Positions 19,623 to 28,897 of a stretch of 64,000 nt of DNA are shown piece by piece. The number at the start of each line of letters is the position of its first letter. The first letter of the stretch is position 1. A model generated the notes under the pieces. That model ran no database searches. It had not been told where the DNA came from and saw only the letters and a program-made list of their open reading frames with translations. This stretch comes from Pseudomonadota bacterium (lineage in GTDB: Bacteria; Desulfobacterota; Desulfobacteria; Desulfobacterales; RPRI01). The stretch is from assembly GCA_043825875.1 (NCBI GenBank), contig JBDRRF010000005.1:34299-98298 (forward strand), read 5' to 3'. The position numbers were made by a program, and so were the translations under genes.

Positions 19623-19720
19623 CGATTTATTAATAAAGGAATTGACCAGGGAAAACTAACGGACCTTACAGGTGGTGGTCTTATCCGCAGCAAGGGGGAT
19701 GGGCTGCGGTAAAGTCGCTA
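19623..19720 (+). pseudogene. Fragment of an IS200-like/REP-associated tyrosine transposase
   Basis: Translates RFINKGIDQGKLTDLTGGGLIRSKG(frameshift)WAAVKSL, matching the KGIxQGxRxELxGGGLIRSxGGW motif I recall from deltaproteobacterial Y1 transposases. Confidence 0.6.
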
Positions 19721-19816
19721 TTTTTAGGGGCTGGAAAGTTATCCTAAACGTTGGGGAAGTATTTGGGACCCGATAGGTATATACAGCGCCGGTCCTGATG
19801 ATGAGTGTGGTTTTTA

Positions 19817-21418
19817 TTACTTATCCAACAAACCTGCTGATTTTAAAAAATCATTTGCCACCTTAGCCGGACTTTGTCCTTTCCCGTCTGCCGCATAATT
19901 AAGCCGCTGCATGGTAGTGTCATCAATCTTGTTATATAAAAGTAAAAGAGTCTCTTTAAGTTCGGGATATTTTTTTAATGTTTCCATTCTTACTACAGGG
20001 ACAGCATTGTATGGAGGAAAGAAGATTTTATCATCCTGTAAAGGTTTGAGTTTATATGCTTCGATTCGACCGTCTGTGGTGAATGCGCAAATTATATCAA
20101 CTTTCTTGTTATGTATGGCCTCATACATTAAAGACGGATCAAGATCACGTATGGTTTTAAATGATAGTTTGTAGGTTCTTTTTATTCCCGGATACCCGTC
20201 CGGTCTTTCTGCAAACTCGGATGTAAAGCCTGCATCAAGATTTTGCGCAACTCCTGTAAGATCCGATATCTTTTGCCAATCGTTTTTCTTTGCATCATCC
20301 GATCGGACGGTAATAGCATATGTATTGTTAAAGCCGAAAGGTTTAAGCCACATCAGATCATACTGTTTCAGATACTTATCAGATACAAACTGTAATGCAT
20401 CATCGGGATTTGATATTACCGGGGCATTGAGTACCGCAGTTAATGCCGTTCCCGTGTATTCGGCATAAAGATCTATTCCTCCGCTTACAAGCGCTCCATG
20501 ACAAATCATGGAGCCGCCTAAGTTAAAGCGACGATCTACAATAATATCCGTTTTTGCTTCAATAAGCTGTGTCATTATCTCACCTAAGATAATCTGTTCG
20601 GTATAATTTTTTGTTCCGATACGAATTATTTTATCTGCACCCGGATGAGACGATTCATTATATATGGCCGAAAAAGAAGATATGAATGTGGGCAAAACGC
20701 CTGCAAGAACAATTAAAAAAGGAATTGCAAAAACTGCTGGCCTGATAATTGCCTTAAAAGACCGTTCTTTATCTCTTTTTCTTTCAGGCTTTAATGCCCA
20801 TTCCAAACCCCCTATTGAAAAATCCACAATCAATGCCAGGATTGCAGCAGGAACAGCGCCAAGAAGAATTAGTTTTGTGTCGGAAAGCGCAAGGCCGCGG
20901 TTTATAAATTGGCCAAGACCTCCAGCTCCTATAAAAGCGGAAAGAGTGGCAATGCCTACACCAACAACCGCAGCTGTCCTGATCCCGGCTACAATAACAG
21001 GAACTGCAAGTGGAAATCGAACCAGTTTTAACTCCTGGTATGCGGTCATACCTATTCCTTTTGCAGCTTCTATCAGGTTTGGTGGTACACCATCAAGCCC
21101 TGTAAGCGTATTTCTTACAATCGGCAAAAGTGCATAAAGCGTTAAAGCAATAAGTGCAGGCGCAGCTCCTATTTTATTTAATATGGCAAGAAGAAAAACA
21201 AGCATGGCAAGACTTGGTATAGTTTGAAGTATACCTATAATGCCCATAACAGGAGTGCGAAGAAATCCATAGCGGAAAATATATGTTCCTAAAGGCACGC
21301 CGATTAAGATCGCAAAAAAAGTAGATAAGCCAGTAAGCATAAGGTGTTCGCCGGTACGTAACAACAGCTCAGGCATTCTGCCGGACAGATAAGAGTATAT
21401 AAGCCCAAGTTCTGTCAT
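19817..21418 (-). CDS. Osmoprotectant (glycine betaine/choline) ABC transporter, fused permease + substrate-binding protein
   Basis: QTIPSLA, EAAKGIGM (EAA loop), IGAGGLG; OpuAC-like GTKNYTEQ, YAEYTGT, GFNNTYA, TTDGRI, FFPPY. Confidence 0.93.
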   Translation of the reverse strand: MTELGLIYSYLSGRMPELLLRTGEHLMLTGLSTFFAILIGVPLGTYIFRYGFLRTPVMGIIGILQTIPSLAMLVFLLAILNKIGAAPALIALTLYALLPIVRNTLTGLDGVPPNLIEAAKGIGMTAYQELKLVRFPLAVPVIVAGIRTAAVVGVGIATLSAFIGAGGLGQFINRGLALSDTKLILLGAVPAAILALIVDFSIGGLEWALKPERKRDKERSFKAIIRPAVFAIPFLIVLAGVLPTFISSFSAIYNESSHPGADKIIRIGTKNYTEQIILGEIMTQLIEAKTDIIVDRRFNLGGSMICHGALVSGGIDLYAEYTGTALTAVLNAPVISNPDDALQFVSDKYLKQYDLMWLKPFGFNNTYAITVRSDDAKKNDWQKISDLTGVAQNLDAGFTSEFAERPDGYPGIKRTYKLSFKTIRDLDPSLMYEAIHNKKVDIICAFTTDGRIEAYKLKPLQDDKIFFPPYNAVPVVRMETLKKYPELKETLLLLYNKIDDTTMQRLNYAADGKGQSPAKVANDFLKSAGLLDK

Positions 21419-22173
21419 GATAAATCCTTTATATCGGCAAGCTGTCTGGCAGGCTTTGAGAAAAGATCATGAACAAATTGGGTTGCAGGAGAACCAAGTA
21501 TTTCTTTCTTTGCGCCGATCTGTTCGAGGTTTCCCTTATGAAGAACTGCTATGCGGTCTCCAAGCAATAATGCTTCAAAGATATCGTGCGTAACAAAAAC
21601 AATAGTTTTTTTAAGATGATTTTTTAAATTCAATAACTCTTGTTGCAGTGATTCACGGGTAATAGCATCAAGCGCACCAAAGGGTTCGTCCATTAGCAGA
21701 TAATCAGGATTTGCAGCTAAAGCGCGGGCAACTCCTACCCTTTGTTGTTGTCCTCCGCTAAGTTCTTCAGGAAACCTTTGTGCATATTCTTTTGCAGGTA
21801 AACCTACAAGTGTAAGAAGCTCAATTGTCCGATTTTGTCTTTTTTCGGAAGACCAGCCAAGAAAGCGGGGCACAAGTTCAATATTCTGCTCTATAGTCAT
21901 ATGAGGAAAAAGCCCGACACCCTGAAATACATATCCTATACTGCGACGCAGACTTACAGGGTTCATGCCTTTGATATCCTGACCGTTTACCTTAATTATA
22001 CCGGAAGATGATTCGATCAAACGATTTATCATTTTAAGAGTTGTGGTTTTGCCACAACCTGAAGAGCCTAAAAGAACAAGAGTTTCGCTTTCACTAATAG
22101 ACAAGCTCAGGTCATTGACTGCATAAGTAAGGCCGCCGTCAAATGTTTTTGATACATTTAAAAGTTCAATCAT
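21415..22173 (-). CDS. Osmoprotectant ABC transporter ATP-binding protein
   Basis: GSSGCGKTT, LKMINRLIE, LSGGQQQRVGVARALA, LLMDEPFGALD, FVTHD. Confidence 0.95.
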   Translation of the reverse strand: MIELLNVSKTFDGGLTYAVNDLSLSISESETLVLLGSSGCGKTTTLKMINRLIESSSGIIKVNGQDIKGMNPVSLRRSIGYVFQGVGLFPHMTIEQNIELVPRFLGWSSEKRQNRTIELLTLVGLPAKEYAQRFPEELSGGQQQRVGVARALAANPDYLLMDEPFGALDAITRESLQQELLNLKNHLKKTIVFVTHDIFEALLLGDRIAVLHKGNLEQIGAKKEILGSPATQFVHDLFSKPARQLADIKDLS

Positions 22174-22417
22174 ATGAAATAATTTAACCGATTATTATTC
22201 GTTTGGATACTGTGGAGTAATAATATCTGAATTTAAAAACAAGACTTTCTTAACACAATAACCCGAATTCGGCAAGAAAGGGGGGATGTATGTTCTAATT
22301 TGACCATTTTCTCTTTCAAAATATTAAAAGATTGTTTACTTGGGTTTACATACTCTGTATTAACAATACCGGTACTCTGGAAAATTACAAAATTGATTTT
22401 TTGCAAAGGAAATATAA

Positions 22418-25400
22418 ATGACCGAGTTTGATACACTGCCTGATGAGATGATCCTTAATATTCATTCAATAGATAAGACGGTTCCCGAAAACCTGACAGT
22501 TACTTTAGGCGGTCGTGAAATTTTAGAACCGGCTTTTGTGTTTAAAAACGAAAAATTTATACAGAAGCTTGAGCAATTGGAAGAAATGATACGGCTGCCT
22601 TTGCCCTGCGATGCCAAGGGAGTCATGGGGTCTAAAGAAAATGATTTGGAGTCGGCTATCTATGAACAATCAGTTACCATCGGAACCGGTCTGGCCGACA
22701 TACTAGATGATATGGGGCGACAAACCCTTACAGAGATGATGAATAGCACCAAGATACCATTGCTGCGCATCGTTGTTGACGGCGATTGGGCAGACCGTGT
22801 TCTGGCTTTGCCATGGGAACTTCTTTATATAGATGGCCGCTTTCCGGTAAAAGAAGCTCGCCTGGATGTGGTTCGTGAAGTCAGCGTGGCTAATGCGCCC
22901 GGTCTTGAGCCACAGACTACGCCTTTCAGGGTGCTTGTGCATATCGCCGCCCCGGAGGCTGACGATGGGCAAAGTTCGTTAATGTATGAAGAAGAAGCTT
23001 ATCGCCTTGTTCTTTCCATGCAGCAAGTCGCAAAAGACGCCGTTGCTTTTTCCGATTTGGGCACTGCAAGGGATCTGGTTCGGGCCGTTCGGAATATCAA
23101 CCCCACCGTGGTTCATTTTACCGGACACGGTAGCCCCGGCACATTATTGTTTGAAAATGAAATCGGTGAAAACGCCGAGATCCCTATTTCATATCTTTTG
23201 ACACAGATGCGGGCTTCGGCGGTTGGAGAACAGCCTGTTTTGCCCCAGGTTTTTTATCTGGCGTCTTGTTATGGCGCCTCCGGCACAGCCAACTTCACGC
23301 CGGCAGCTAAGTGCGGATATAGGCAGCTTAGCGAATTGGGCGCGGTTAAAGGGGAGGGGCCTTCCACCGCAACTACCATACAAAGACAAGGGTGCCCGGC
23401 CGTTGTGGCCTATTTTGGTCCGGTAGGGGATCAATTGTCCACCCGCGCGGAAACTATATTCTATAGTGGGTTGGCTGCGGGCAAAAAGCTTACCGAATCA
23501 GTGCGCAGCGCCCGTATAGATATGGCCGGAGTGCTTGGAGAAAAAGATAAGTATTATCGCTATCCGCTGGGCTGGGCGCAACTTGCGCTGTATCTGCGGG
23601 GTAACGATATTTCCATAAGCAAAGCAAAAACCGGGGGGAAAGCCGCCGATGATATTTACGTTCTGGAACAACAGCTTTACCGTCCTGATTCACCGGTTCA
23701 TTCTCTGGATATGCTGCATTCCGGCATAGACGGGTTTATAGGCAGGCGCAAGGATCTTGCAATGCTCGGGCAACGCCATATCAAGGGCCAGCGCTTGTTT
23801 GTGCTTTACGGTCTTGGCGGTATCGGCAAAACCGCTCTTGCTGTTAACCTGATTCCAAAACTGGGAATAGATCAAGACAAAATAGTAATACTTGATGCGG
23901 CCCGTGCGGATAAAGCTGCAAATCCTTTTCAAGACCTCTGGGAGCAAATGACGGATCAGCTTCAGGATGCTTTTCCTGATATCCTGGCAAGCATACTGGA
24001 AACTTATAAACAAAAACAAGATCCTGAAATATTGCTTGGCGCAATGATTGCCGCAGTTAAAGACCCCTGGCTCGTTTATCTGGACAATGCCGAATCGTTG
24101 CAGGTAAAAGTAAATTCCGAAAACGGCGATCTTGGCGCATGGGCATCCCAGGGTATTTCTCAATGGTGGCAAATAGTCGCTGCCGGTGCGTTTCATGGCG
24201 GTTCGCTCACGCTAATGGCCACAACCCGCTACTTGTGGGAAGGGATTGAAAGAAAAGACAGTTGGCAGCCAGGCGTATTGCGACCATCGGATATCGCACG
24301 TATGATGCGCTGGTTTCCATATCTGCGGCAAATTTCCCATGAGAACAAAATGAAAATCATCGAATGGCTAAACGGCCATGCACGGGCATTGATCTATCTT
24401 GAAGGCTTGTTTAAAGAAATTCTCGATTCGCAAACACCGGAAGATGATATTTCAGCAGAAAGATGGCAGGCGGCAATTGAACAAGCCCTGCCCCAAACGG
24501 ATGAAAAACTGGAAAACGAAGACCTTATGCTTTCTCACATTTTGAAAAGACTCGACACTCCGGCCAAAGATCAGTTGCGAGTCCTCACCGCCTTAAGATC
24601 TCCCGCTCCTTTGGATGCGCTAAATAGTCTCGGAGACCAAACCGGCAGGCTTGAAAGTTTGGGCCTTATCACAAAGTTTTCCGGAAAATTTTACGGAATG
24701 CATGCTAGCGTGAGCCGCTTTGTTGAATTGCTTTGCGGCCCGGCAGGCCCCGAAGATCATTTGCGCATCGGGCTGTGGTACGATGATGCTTACAAAGCTG
24801 AAAAACGTCTGGTTTTTGTTGAAGAAGCTGTTTATCATCTGGTAACGGCAGAAAAGGCTGATTTGGCAGCCACCCCGGCTGCCGATTTGGCAAGCCATTA
24901 CCTCGCAACTCTTCGTTATGCCGAATCCGGGCAGGTGATAGATTCCGTAATAGCCCTTTCCCCGTCCGCCGATTTAACGGAAAATCTTCTTGCAATAAGA
25001 GGCTATCTCCATAACGCTCTTGGACGATACGAATTTGCCGCCGCCGATTTTCAGGAAATGATTGAATCCGCCCGTAAACGTGAGACAGAAGGCATTGCTG
25101 AGGCTCAAGGGCTTCACGGACTTGCCAATGCCCTTGTTGAATTGGGCCGATATGACGAGGCCGTTGAGGCTTTTAATAAATCACTTGGTATCACAAAGCA
25201 GATTTATGGAACAGAGGCACATCCTGATTATGCCACATCTATTCATGGTCTTGCCAATGCTCTTGTTCGTTTAGGCCGATATGAAGAGGCTGTCGAGGCT
25301 TTTAATCAATCATTGAGTATCAAAAAGAGGATCTATGGATCAGTGACGCACCCTGATTATGCCGCTTCGCTTTCAGGTCTTGCCAACGCTCTTAGTAGCT

Positions 25401-26437
25401 TAGGCCGATATGAAGAAGCCGTTGAGGCCTATAATAAATCACTCAATATCAAAAAGGAGGCCTTCGGCAGTGACGAACACCCCGAATCTCTTCCCACCCG
25501 GACAAATCTGGGAATGGCATTGGCAAAGATGGGACGAATTGATCAGGCGAGCAGAGAAATGGACCGAGCCTTATCTATTGCCAGAACTATGGGGCATCCT
25601 TTTCATACCGGCAACATCCTGGTTTTGTATGCACAGGTTGAAGCAGCCCGCAACACCCAAAAAGCCATAGATATGGCAGTAGAAGCTGAAGCTTTGTTAA
25701 TGCAGCTATTCGAAACTTCGCACCCCACGCTGCAAGAAGTGAGGGCATTGATCGCCGGGTTGAAGGGCGGGCCTGAGCCTGAATCTGATCCTGCCACAGG
25801 GCAAAAAAAACAAAGGGCAAAAGTTACTCCGGATATGCTCAAAGACTGGGCTCATGAGCTGCTACATGGTGTTCCATCTGTTTCCAGGGTTGTGTTTGTC
25901 CATCTGGCTCAGCGTATTGCATTGTTGATTTCCACTCAGGGCATCCTCACTCAATTGGCTGTGCGGATGGGTAAACCCGGATTAGAACTGGAAGATCCCA
26001 CTGCGCTTGAGATGCCGGAAGATATGCCACCCGAACAGATCCAGGAATTAAAGTCCAGGCTTGCCTACATTAAGGCATTGATGAAAACGATGGTTGAGGA
26101 CATTAATGACAGGCTACGAGATTACCCCGAACAAAACGGGCGGATTGTATTAAATGAAGACCTGTCATGTACTGTTCCCGATGGGCTTTCAACCGTGCTG
26201 TTAGACGAAGCCGCAGCGATTATTTTAGTCGGTTCAGACGAATTGCTGCGGGCGGAACTTGACCTTGTTTTGAAGGGATTATCCATCCTGTTAAAAGATG
26301 AAGATGATCCGGCCGCAATTGGACTGCCGACCACTTTGCTCCGGAGATTGCCGGATCAGCGGGAAAAAATCGTTAACACGCTGAAGCCATTTTGCTCTGA
26401 AAGACAGAAGAAGCTCTTATTGGAAACGAAAGGATAA
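22418..26437 (+). CDS. CHAT (caspase-like) protease - STAND/NB-ARC NTPase - TPR protein with unknown C-terminal domain
   Basis: LPWELL, HFTGHG (His) and LASC (Cys) dyad; FIGR, GLGGIGKT, LVYLDNAE, LNGHARAL; tandem TPR units. Confidence 0.9.
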   Translation: MTEFDTLPDEMILNIHSIDKTVPENLTVTLGGREILEPAFVFKNEKFIQKLEQLEEMIRLPLPCDAKGVMGSKENDLESAIYEQSVTIGTGLADILDDMGRQTLTEMMNSTKIPLLRIVVDGDWADRVLALPWELLYIDGRFPVKEARLDVVREVSVANAPGLEPQTTPFRVLVHIAAPEADDGQSSLMYEEEAYRLVLSMQQVAKDAVAFSDLGTARDLVRAVRNINPTVVHFTGHGSPGTLLFENEIGENAEIPISYLLTQMRASAVGEQPVLPQVFYLASCYGASGTANFTPAAKCGYRQLSELGAVKGEGPSTATTIQRQGCPAVVAYFGPVGDQLSTRAETIFYSGLAAGKKLTESVRSARIDMAGVLGEKDKYYRYPLGWAQLALYLRGNDISISKAKTGGKAADDIYVLEQQLYRPDSPVHSLDMLHSGIDGFIGRRKDLAMLGQRHIKGQRLFVLYGLGGIGKTALAVNLIPKLGIDQDKIVILDAARADKAANPFQDLWEQMTDQLQDAFPDILASILETYKQKQDPEILLGAMIAAVKDPWLVYLDNAESLQVKVNSENGDLGAWASQGISQWWQIVAAGAFHGGSLTLMATTRYLWEGIERKDSWQPGVLRPSDIARMMRWFPYLRQISHENKMKIIEWLNGHARALIYLEGLFKEILDSQTPEDDISAERWQAAIEQALPQTDEKLENEDLMLSHILKRLDTPAKDQLRVLTALRSPAPLDALNSLGDQTGRLESLGLITKFSGKFYGMHASVSRFVELLCGPAGPEDHLRIGLWYDDAYKAEKRLVFVEEAVYHLVTAEKADLAATPAADLASHYLATLRYAESGQVIDSVIALSPSADLTENLLAIRGYLHNALGRYEFAAADFQEMIESARKRETEGIAEAQGLHGLANALVELGRYDEAVEAFNKSLGITKQIYGTEAHPDYATSIHGLANALVRLGRYEEAVEAFNQSLSIKKRIYGSVTHPDYAASLSGLANALSSLGRYEEAVEAYNKSLNIKKEAFGSDEHPESLPTRTNLGMALAKMGRIDQASREMDRALSIARTMGHPFHTGNILVLYAQVEAARNTQKAIDMAVEAEALLMQLFETSHPTLQEVRALIAGLKGGPEPESDPATGQKKQRAKVTPDMLKDWAHELLHGVPSVSRVVFVHLAQRIALLISTQGILTQLAVRMGKPGLELEDPTALEMPEDMPPEQIQELKSRLAYIKALMKTMVEDINDRLRDYPEQNGRIVLNEDLSCTVPDGLSTVLLDEAAAIILVGSDELLRAELDLVLKGLSILLKDEDDPAAIGLPTTLLRRLPDQREKIVNTLKPFCSERQKKLLLETKG
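25115..25501 (+). repeat. Three tandem 129-bp (43-aa) TPR-coding repeats
   Basis: Units start at 25115, 25244, 25373 (xGLANALxxLGRYxEAVEAxNxSL...HP). Confidence 0.9.
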
Positions 26438-26696
26438 AGGGTAGTAATAGATACATAACAGTTTAGTCTATAATTTAACCTAACTGGCTCAGTGGATTTA
26501 TTTATCCTCCCGCTCAGTTCTGCCTTCAGATAAACCTCATTTCTGTATTTGACAATAGGTAAGACCTAAAGAAAATGCCCTAAACAAATTGCCGATAAAC
26601 TCTATGCAAGTTCACTGTCGGCCGATTATTCATATTTGAAGATAAAAAATCTGACAATATAAAACTTCATATCTTTTTCCAGGTCTATAAGGTCTG

Positions 26697-26765
26697 AAAA
26701 AGGTAGCGGCCAGCCGGAATTAATCCGGTTGGCCGCTAAGGAAAAGAAAAGATTTTTGGGGTTGT
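26697..26765 (-). ncRNA. Candidate sigma54-dependent small RNA, copy 1 (divergent from nifH)
   Basis: Sigma54 promoter immediately upstream; CU-rich segment; 15-bp hairpin followed by CCUUUUU; homologous copy at 45892-45965. Confidence 0.65.
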
Positions 26766-26774
26766 TTATAATTA

Positions 26775-26792
26775 TTGCAAATAACTTGCCAA
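26775..26792 (-). promoter_or_regulatory. Sigma54 (-24/-12) promoter
   Basis: Minus strand TTGGCAAGTTATTTGCAA, GG-N10-GC. Confidence 0.8.
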
Positions 26793-26919
26793 TCCGGAAT
26801 TTTATTTAATATTAATAGTAGATAATATATAAAACAATAAAACAAGATAGTTATAGCCAGCTATTTTTTTGTTTCTCATTAATAAATATTTTACAGATTT
26901 CATGCCATTTGCATTAAAC

Positions 26920-26951
26920 TCAAAATAATGACACCAGTGTCATTATTTTGA
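26920..26951. promoter_or_regulatory. Perfect 15-bp-arm palindrome, candidate enhancer-binding-protein site
   Basis: TCAAAATAATGACAC-CA-GTGTCATTATTTTGA between two divergent sigma54 promoters. Confidence 0.6.
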
Positions 26952-27195
26952 TACTTTATTTATACTTCTTGGGTCTTCTCCTGCTTCTTTTCCCTGATTT
27001 TCTTCCGCCCTTAAATTTAAGTGGGCAAAAAGTTTTAAACAATAACAAAATTACATAATTGTAGTAGTAAAGCTTATATATTGCAATTATGTATCATAAA
27101 TATATCTTCATAAGTAACTGTACTTATCAGCAACAAGCCAATAATATATATTAATATAAAGCATTTAAAACCATTTAATCGGATTTAATATCTTG

Positions 27196-27211
27196 TGGCA
27201 TAACTCTTGTA
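27196..27211 (+). promoter_or_regulatory. Probable sigma54 promoter of the nif operon (variant -12)
   Basis: TGGCATAACTCTTGTA: GG-N10-GT, ~55 bp upstream of the nifH ATG. Confidence 0.6.
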
Positions 27212-27225
27212 ATAAGTAATATTAA

Positions 27226-28089
<864 letters not shown>

Positions 28090-28107
28090 AGAAGAAAGGA
28101 ATTAATC

Positions 28108-28464
28108 ATGATTATGATCAGATCAATTGTCAGGCCGGAAAAAGTTGACGCAGTACTAGCTGCATTGATGGAAGCAGGCTTTCCCGGTGTAACAAAATTA
28201 TCGGTTGTCGGACGCGGGAAGCAACGTGGGATTAAAATCGGCGAAATTACCTACGATGAGATCCCTAAAGAAATGCTGCTAACAATCGTCAAGGACAAGG
28301 AGAAGGATTTTGTCATTAAAACAATTTTAAAAGCGGCACGCACCGGAGATAAGGGTGCTTATGGCGATGGAAAGATATTCATTGTGCCTGTAGAGGAAGT
28401 TTATACCATCAGTTCAGGTATAAAAGAGGATGCCGGAGGTAATATTGAAGAGGTGAAAATATGA
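28108..28464 (+). CDS. nifI1: P-II family nitrogenase regulator NifI1
   Basis: IVRPEK, GRGKQRG, YDEIPKE, ARTGxxGAYGDGKIF; between nifH and nifD. Confidence 0.92.
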   Translation: MIMIRSIVRPEKVDAVLAALMEAGFPGVTKLSVVGRGKQRGIKIGEITYDEIPKEMLLTIVKDKEKDFVIKTILKAARTGDKGAYGDGKIFIVPVEEVYTISSGIKEDAGGNIEEVKI

Positions 28465-28841
28465 AGGAAATATTGGCCATTATCCGAATGAACATGATGA
28501 ACCGGACAAAAACCGCCCTTTCCGAAGCGGGTATTTCCTCCATAACTGCGGGAAGTGTCCTTGGGCGGGGTAAAGGCCTTATAGATCTTCAACTGCTCAA
28601 AGGTGCCGAAAAAGGTTATGAAGAGGCCGTTTCACTTTTAGGGCAGAGCAACAGGCTTATACCAAAACGTATCTTAATTATCACTATTCCTAATAAACTT
28701 GTGAAAAAAACCGTAAAAACAATAATGAAAGTAAACAAAACCGGAAAATCCGGAGATGGTATTATTTGTGTAATGCCATGCCATGATGCTGTTAGAGTAC
28801 GCACGGGTGAAAGTGGTGATGATGTTTTAGATGATGTTTGA
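28461..28841 (+). CDS. nifI2: P-II family nitrogenase regulator NifI2
   Basis: MKEILAIIRMN, GRGKG, LIPKR, NKTGKSGDG, VRVRTGESG. Confidence 0.92.
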   Translation: MKEILAIIRMNMMNRTKTALSEAGISSITAGSVLGRGKGLIDLQLLKGAEKGYEEAVSLLGQSNRLIPKRILIITIPNKLVKKTVKTIMKVNKTGKSGDGIICVMPCHDAVRVRTGESGDDVLDDV

Positions 28842-28897
28842 GATGACGTTTGATTTGAAGCGCCAACAATAATTGTTCAAAAGAGGAGATGCTTAAA

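Noticed and set aside
26937..26953. TGTCA-N6-TGAYA as a CooA site
   Set aside because: Matches the pattern, but there are no CO-oxidation genes here and the context (sigma54 promoters) favours an enhancer-binding protein.
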